Assembly (NCBI GenBank): GCA_951406725.2
Contig: OX597832.1
Coordinates: 23,498,001 to 23,562,000 of the forward strand
Length of the DNA: 64,000 nt
Origin: Octopus vulgaris
Lineage: Eukaryota
Direction: 5' to 3'
In this document: positions 56,252 to 64,000 of the stretch, piece by piece
Numbering within the stretch: position 1 is the stretch's first letter
How the letters are laid out: each line of letters opens with the position of its first letter
Notes under the pieces: model-generated
What the model saw: only the letters and a program-made list of their open reading frames with translations
What the model was told of the DNA's origin: nothing
Databases searched by the model: none
Program-made: the position numbers and the translations under genes

Positions 56252-56987
56252 GGTATTCTACAGAGTTTGCGTCTATCAAATTCACTTATAAAGCAGCGGT
56301 CGAGTGGCCGTAGCTATAGCAGAATACACCCTGTCATAGATAACATTCAGAAGGTTTGAATCCGAAACTCCGAAATCGACTGATTGCAGACCAACCTTCT
56401 TCTCCACCACACAGCTCTTGCCCGTTCCTGTATACATATTCATAAGCAGAACAAAAAAAAAAAACAAATACAGATGTTTTTAAAAGTTTAAAAAGTAAGC
56501 AGTGTAGAGCAACGAAAAGTTAAACGATCATGTTAATGCAAGTCGATAAAAGGAGTTTGTTTATCATTATCAAAAAACAAACACCAAAATCAGAATATGG
56601 TACATCAATGGCTGTGTATATAAAAATAAAACTGTATCGTTTTTATGTGAAACGATGCTTAGCTTTTGGAGGATACATTAAGAGAAGTGTTTTATATATG
56701 ACATCCATGAATAACTATTCGCAATATAAAAGTAATTGCATGATACGGTTGAATACGTTTGTAAATATATAGTGAACTACGTTAGGAATAATAGATTTAG
56801 TATCGAGTATTATTCAGTAGGGTGTAGGTTATAGAAGCAATGCTAATTCCTGTTTGGATATATTTCTAGATTATTCTTCCCACATATGCTGGTATTTTTC
56901 CCTCTCTGAGAAAGGCACAAACACAGTTGATTTCGTTTTGCCGACACTTACTCTCCTCAGTGAATTGCAGATAAAATATTTTATATA

Positions 56988-57506
56988 CCGTAAATCCTCG
57001 AGTATAGTTCGCCCTTGAGTATAATACGCAGGAGATTCTTAGGGGGCTGTACCTCTGCAAAACCTAAACCTTGTGTATAATACGCACCCCTTTTCTAACT
57101 TGAGTCAAGGAGATCTATATACCGTCCTTGGTTTGTAAAACTGTATGCGGTAACGTCCTTTATTATTATTGCATATATAAAATAATGCAAACGTGTAGGT
57201 TTTTGTCCATTTTCTTTGCAGAAAATAAAGAAATATCAGTAATAACAGTAATAAAGTTTAATTAATGTTGCTTACTGAAAGTTGTGGATGATTCTTTTAT
57301 GACTTCATTGCTTTCAGGCTTAGCTAAAGGTATTTTCGGGCCCGATATCACAAAATGCGTCTGAATAAAATTTACCGACAGCAAATAGAGACTCGGATAT
57401 TGCTTAGAAAATAATTTTCATTTTTAACCTCGTATATAAAACGCACTAGGGAATTTGACCTTTAGATTTTGTGAAAAAAGTGCGGATTATACTCGAGGAT
57501 TTACGG
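56988..57506. mobile_element. Tc1/mariner/pogo-superfamily MITE
   Basis: Perfect 19-nt TIR ccgtaaatcctcgagtata / tatactcgaggatttacgg with TA on both flanks. Confidence 0.88.
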
Positions 57507-57834
57507 TATTTAGATATTTAAACAGCTGGTCAAATTTACAGTTACACCGAGCTGTTGTGAATAATTGTAACTGGTCTTAGTAAATAATTACGACGGATCT
57601 TAATTCTTAGTTATGACTGGTCATAGCAGTTGCCGCTGGTCATAATGAATAGTTACAATTCATCATAGGTTACATATGATAATGCTACATATGATAATGC
57701 TTAATGATCTTAGCTAATAGTTACTGCTAGTAATAGTGTACAGCTACAGCTGATCATATTTAGTATTTATGACTGATCATAGCTAAAAGTCACTTACAAA
57801 ATTCCGCGTGCTTTGTTGGCAGCATGGACGCACT

Positions 57835-57891
<57 letters not shown>

Positions 57892-57991
57892 TTATAATAT
57901 GTATATATCACATATGGTATTTATATATAATAAATATTATATATATATCAGATAAATTATATAAATTATACGTATATATATATGTATTTAA

Positions 57992-58022
<31 letters not shown>

Positions 58023-58080
58023 TATATATGATGTGTATATTTATACATATATAAATATATCCATAGATATATAAATAAAT

Positions 58081-58121
<41 letters not shown>

Positions 58122-58122
58122 C

Positions 58123-58156
<34 letters not shown>

Positions 58157-58187
58157 TCCACACTTGAATAAGAAGGGAAAAAATCAT

Positions 58188-58353
58188 AGGCGTAGGAGTG
58201 GCTGTGTGGTATGTAGCTTGCTTACCAACCACATGGTTCCGGGTTCAGTCCCACTGCGTGGCACCTTGGCCAAGAGTCTTCTACTATAGCCTCGGTCCGA
58301 CCAAAGCCTTGTGGGTGGATTTGGTAGACGGAAACTAAAAGAAGCCCGTCGAA

Positions 58354-58415
<62 letters not shown>

Positions 58416-59010
58416 AATAACTTTGAACTACAAAAGCTGAAGCATATATATGTACATGAAGCCATCTCTTTATATATAAAGATGGATAGATAGATAGATA
58501 GATAGATACATACATACATACATACATGCATACATACATACATACATACATATATACATACATACACACATACATACATACATACATACATATATACATA
58601 TAATTTATATGTGTGGTAAGTAGCTTGTCTACCAACCACATAGTTCTGGGTTCAGTCCCACTGCGTGGCATCTTGGGCAAGTGTCTTCTACTATAGCCTC
58701 GGGCCGACCAAAGCCTTGTGAGTGGATTTGGTAGACGGAAACTGAAAGAAGCCCGTCGTATATATGTATATATATATATGTGTATGCGTGTGTGTGTTTG
58801 TGTGTCTGTGTTTGTCCCCCTAGCATTGCTTGATAACCAATGCTGGTGTGTTTATGTCCCCGTTACTTAGCGGTTCGCCAAAAGAGATCGATAGAATAAT
58901 TACTGGGCTTACAAAAGAATAAGTCCCGGGGTCGTGTTGCTCGATTAAAGGCGGTGCTCCAGCATGGCCGCAGTCAAAAATGACTGAAACAAGTAAAAGA
59001 GTAAAAGAGT
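58188..59010 (+). mobile_element. Two SINE family B copies (58188-58355 5' half; 58610-59010 near full length)
   Basis: High similarity to 38057-38543. Confidence 0.88.
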
Positions 59011-59043
59011 ATATATGTATATATGTATGTATGTATGCATCTA

Positions 59044-59127
<84 letters not shown>

Positions 59128-59225
59128 GTTCCTGACGATGAATTTGTCATATTTACATACCGAAATTTACCGGTAAATAATTGTTGGTTATATGAAAAAC
59201 CACTGAAAAATTATTTACCATTTTT

Positions 59226-59282
<57 letters not shown>

Positions 59283-59719
59283 AGATGGCTTCATTTACAT
59301 ACATATGCTTTTGTGGTTCAAAGTTATTCCTATAATTCTTTGAAAAGATTCCTTTAAAATTCATTTAAACATCTTCCTTTAAATGCCATTTTTGCATTGC
59401 AATTATTAAAAAAAATTGACTTTCTATAATTATTACGTCCAGACACACATTCATGCATAATTTAATCCAATTTACCGATTATTAAACACTTACTTAGTGG
59501 TAAATATCGCGCCAGCCACATTATGACGACTGAAATTGCTACAATAATTACAGAGATAACACTTTAGAAAAGACGTAGCAAAAAAAAGAAAAAAAAAACT
59601 CAGTCTTCTCTTTGAAAAGAGTGAATACGACCTTCACTTGTAAAATGCTAACCACTCACTCCTGGTCTGGTCTCTACGTAAGTAAGGCTTATTAAGATGT
59701 TCTTGTTATTGCTGTTATG

Positions 59720-60621
59720 GTTGTTCTTGTTCTCGTTGTTGTTGTTGTTCTTCTTCTTCTCCTTCAATTCTTTCTTCTCCTCCTCTTCCTCCCCATCTTC
59801 TTCTTCTTATCCTCCTCCTCCCCTTCTTCTCCTTCTCCTTCTTCTTCTTCTTCTCCTCCCCTTCTTCTTCTCCTTCTCCTTCTTCTTATTCCTCTCCTTC
59901 TTCTTCTTCTTCTTCTTCTCCTCCTCCCCTTCTTCTTCTCCTTCTCCTTCTTCTTATTCTTCTCCTTCTTCTTCTTCTTCTTCTTCTTCTTCTTCTTCTT
60001 CTTCTTCTTCTTCTCCTACCTTTCTTCTTCTCCTTCTCCTTCTTCTTCTTCTTCTTCTTCTTCGCCACCTATTCATCATCATCATCATGTTACAGTTATT
60101 GTAATTGTTGTTGCTTTTGTCACCGTTGTTGTTACTTTTCCCCTTCCTTTCCAACTTCACAATCATCATCATCACCATCACCATCATCATTATCATCGCT
60201 ACCACCACCATCGTCATCGTCATCATCTTCATCACCGTGTTGCTGTTGTTATTGTTTTCTTCTCCTCTTCCTCGTCCACCACCACCATCTTCTCTTTCCT
60301 TTCTCCTCTTCCTCTTCACGCTCCCTTTCTTATTTTCCTTCGTATGACTTCTTCCGTCTTCTGATGTAATCGATAAGCCTTCGCCCCAACCCCAAACCCC
60401 CAAACCTCCCCCTACGCCCCGTAAATTTCAGGCCTTTTCCCTGTACAAGAAATATTAATTTAATAGTTCAATTAAAACCATTTGCGGATCGTATTTAATT
60501 TATTAGTCACACACACACGCGCACACACACACACACACACATGCACACATACACTCACACACACATACACATACACACACACACGAAGACACACACACAC
60601 ATACTCACACACACACGAACA

Positions 60622-60663
<42 letters not shown>

Positions 60664-60872
60664 CGCACACACACATACACACACACGAACACACACACAC
60701 ACAAACATACAAACACATGCGCACACACACGAACACACGCACACACGCACACACATTCACACACGAACACACACACATACACACATGCACACACACACAC
60801 AAACATACACACACACATACACACACACACACGAACACACACACACACACTCACACACACGCACACACACAT
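59720..60872. repeat. (CTT/CAT)n cluster and degenerate (CA)n tract
   Basis: Direct reading. Confidence 0.92.
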
Positions 60873-61215
60873 GCAACGAGTATCTTCATTGAAACGGCTT
60901 CCTGTTTGCTCGGATAATGAGATTTACCTTAACGATTATATTACAACTGCAACAGTTTACGGCTTGCAAACTCCATTCAAAACTTTTTCATAATTATAAT
61001 TTCCTACATAAACTTGTTACAAATATATCAATCACCGGCGTATTTCGTTAAATTAAAGCGAGTAATTATAGCCGTATTATCGATCTCGTTTAATCAATAT
61101 CTAGGCATGATAAATCATTTGATAGGTTTTATACATATCTGTGGCCACATCGTGAAACTGTCGCAATAACAAAGGATGCAAGACTCTGTCGTTAATGGTG
61201 TTGCTGTTGCCTTTG

Positions 61216-61279
<64 letters not shown>

Positions 61280-61287
61280 CATCATCA

Positions 61288-61348
<61 letters not shown>

Positions 61349-61353
61349 CATCA

Positions 61354-61397
<44 letters not shown>

Positions 61398-61398
61398 G

Positions 61399-61462
<64 letters not shown>

Positions 61463-61464
61463 CA

Positions 61465-61507
<43 letters not shown>

Positions 61508-61512
61508 CATCA

Positions 61513-61559
<47 letters not shown>

Positions 61560-61560
61560 G

Positions 61561-61591
<31 letters not shown>

Positions 61592-61623
61592 TATTATTAT
61601 TATTATTATTATTATCATTATTA

Positions 61624-61657
<34 letters not shown>

Positions 61658-61827
61658 CATTATTATTATTATTATCATTATTATTATTATTATTATTATC
61701 ATTATTATTATTATTATTATCGTTATTACCATCATCATCATTATTATTATTATCCTTATTATTGTCATCATCATTATTATTATTATTAATATTATTATTA
61801 TTATTATCATCATCATCATCATCGTCA

Positions 61828-61879
<52 letters not shown>

Positions 61880-61904
61880 AATTATCATAATAATAATAAT
61901 TATT

Positions 61905-61945
<41 letters not shown>

Positions 61946-61985
61946 TATTATTATTAATATTATTATTACTATTATTATTAATCAT
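61216..61985. repeat. Compound (ATT)n/(ATC)n tract
   Basis: Direct reading. Confidence 0.96.
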
Positions 61986-62004
61986 TCATGGTATGAATGA
62001 ATGT

Positions 62005-62182
62005 TTTACATTCGGATTGAATGTTCTTGACACCAGGTCACAACCGGTTTCCTTAGATATCAAGGACCTTTCTTAAAATCCTTGCTATTCTGAATAGAAC
62101 AGGTTTCTGAAACATTGCAACTGTTGGAGTTACACTAATCTCAATAAGGGAACTGGTAAGTCTGCTGATGACGGTAACTCCT
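62005..62182 (-). mobile_element. R4/Dong-like extreme C-terminal fragment
   Basis: FQKPVLFRIARILRKVLDI* followed by a short UTR and a long (TAA/TGA)n tract. Confidence 0.65.
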
Positions 62183-62369
62183 TCTTCTTCTTCTTGTTCT
62201 TCTTCTTCTTCTTCTTCTTCTTCTTCTTCTTCTTCTTCTTCTTCTTCTTCTTCTTCTTCTTCTTCTTCTTCTTCTTCTTCTTCTTCTTCTTCTTCTTCTT
62301 CTTCTCCCACTCGTCTTCTTATTCTTCGTCTTCGTCTTCTTCTTCTTATTATTATTATTATTATTATTA

Positions 62370-62424
<55 letters not shown>

Positions 62425-62425
<1 letters not shown>

Positions 62426-63001
62426 GAGTGAGAGAGCAGTTCATGCCATCAAAGTGACACTGGGGTAAAATATACGAAGCCCAATATACACATCATGACT
62501 ACCCGTCTGATAAAGTTACACCAGGCACATGCATCACAACCATATGTGCGCGACATGGTGATCTCATATCAAGATAAACAGCACAGGACCTTGCGGGTGA
62601 GGCCCAGTTAGAATTTTCTTCAGGTTGAGTAGCCCATCCCGCTCAAAAGGTCCCTGAATAAGGATTGTTTAAGGATGTTGAAAGAACCACCCATGTTTCC
62701 AGAGGTGAATTATTCAAACCCCAAAGAATCCCTCTCAACACATGGCTATGATGCTCCCCCACTACTTCTGCTCGTGATCAGAGATGCACATATCGTCAGC
62801 CACTAAGGGAAATGCTCAACTGGTTAAGGTCAAACAACTGACAAGCAAATCTGTTGTATTGAGCAGAATATTTGCTGTAGCCCATCTTTTATACCAAGAC
62901 AAAACAATGTACATGATAACACTTGCAATCAGTTAAGATCAGAAGCCATGAGAGCCACTGCCTGGTACTGCATCAGGGCATTATTGGTACTGCATCAGGG
63001 C
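62425..63001 (-). mobile_element. Non-coding interspersed element in (TAA)n
   Basis: Flanked by (TTA)n on both sides; a diverged partial copy at 33638-33770 keeps the same end (gagtgagagagcag). Confidence 0.7.
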
Positions 63002-63021
63002 TATTATTATTATTATTATTA

Positions 63022-63820
63022 AAGCGGTGAACTGGCCAAATCGTTAGCACGCCGGGCGAAATGCTTAGCGCTATTTCGTCTGCCATAACGTTCTGAGTTC
63101 AAATTCCGCCGAGGTCGACTTTGCCTTTCATCCTTTTGAGGTCGATTAAATTAAGTACCAGTTACGCACTGGGGTCGATGTAATCGACTTAATCCGTTTG
63201 TCTGTCCTTGTTTGTCCCCTCTGTATTTAGCCCCTTGTGGGTAGTAAAGAAATAGGTATTTCGTCTGCCGTTACTTTCTGAGTTCAAATTCCGCCGAGGT
63301 TGACTTTGCCTTTCATCCTTTTGAGGTCGATAAATTAAGTACCAGTTACGCACTGAGGTCGATGTAATAGACTTAATCCCTTTGTCTCTCCTTTTTTGTC
63401 CCCTCTATGTTTAGCCCCTTGTGGGTAATAAAGAAATACGAAACGTTTGTACGCCGGGCGAAATGCTTAGCAGTATTCTTTCTGCCGCTACGTTCTGAGT
63501 TCAAATTCCACCGTGGTCGTCTTTGCCTTTCATCCTTTCGGGGTCGATTAAATAAGTACCAGTTACGCAGTGGGGTCGATGTAATCGACTTAATCCGTTT
63601 GTCTGTTCTTGTTTGTCCCCTCTGTGTTTTGCCCCTTGTGGGTAGTAAAGAAATAGGTATTTCGTCTGTGTTTACGTTCAAATTCCGTCGAGGTCGACTT
63701 TGCCTTTCATACCTTTCGGGGTCGATAAATTAAGTACCTTTTACGTACTGGGATCGATCTAATCGACTCGCCTCCTCCCCAAAAATGTTGGGCCTTGAGC
63801 CTAGAGTAGAAAAGAATATA
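63022..63820 (+). mobile_element. SINE family A, tandem array of four units (three long-tail, last short-tail)
   Basis: Unit junctions at 63254/63255, 63438/63439 and 63655/63656. Confidence 0.9.
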
Positions 63821-64000
63821 TGGATATTCCTCAATCCTTCGCGGATGGATTGATGTATATAGGACAGTTTACTTTTATTCATATTTCGTCATGCATGAAG
63901 GCGTACAGAATTAAAGCAATAAAGAAAAAGAAACTAACAAAGAAATTTGAAATGGTTCTTATATTTCGACTTATAAATTCAGATTATTGGAAATCGAAGT

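Overview
AT-rich, microsatellite-dense animal DNA; the repeat families point to an octopus genome (inference). The window probably lies wholly inside one minus-strand gene. Three phase-compatible exons (28569-28692, 9129-9331, 1851-1974) encode the end of TM3 through ICL3 of a rhodopsin-class peptide-type GPCR; the TM1-3 and TM6-7 exons were not found here. The introns hold three tRNA-derived SINE families, fragments of R4/Dong-like, Tx1-like, RTE-like, CR1-like and Penelope-like retroelements, mariner/Tigger/hAT/Helentron-like DNA elements and long microsatellites. Most ORF-track entries are microsatellite artefacts. The main finding is a set of minimal type I hammerhead-ribozyme motifs in several non-coding elements next to (TA)n. 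The clearest is a structured 364-nt unit present about 1.7 times at 12977-13601. It carries two different hammerheads with a compensatory U3:A8 core, lies sense to the GPCR pre-mRNA, and its 5' end falls within 1 nt of a predicted self-cleavage site, as expected for a retrozyme/Penelope-mobilised ribozyme RNA. One SINE family also appears to insert into itself and to have switched 3' tails. Family names rest on motif recognition by eye, not database searches.
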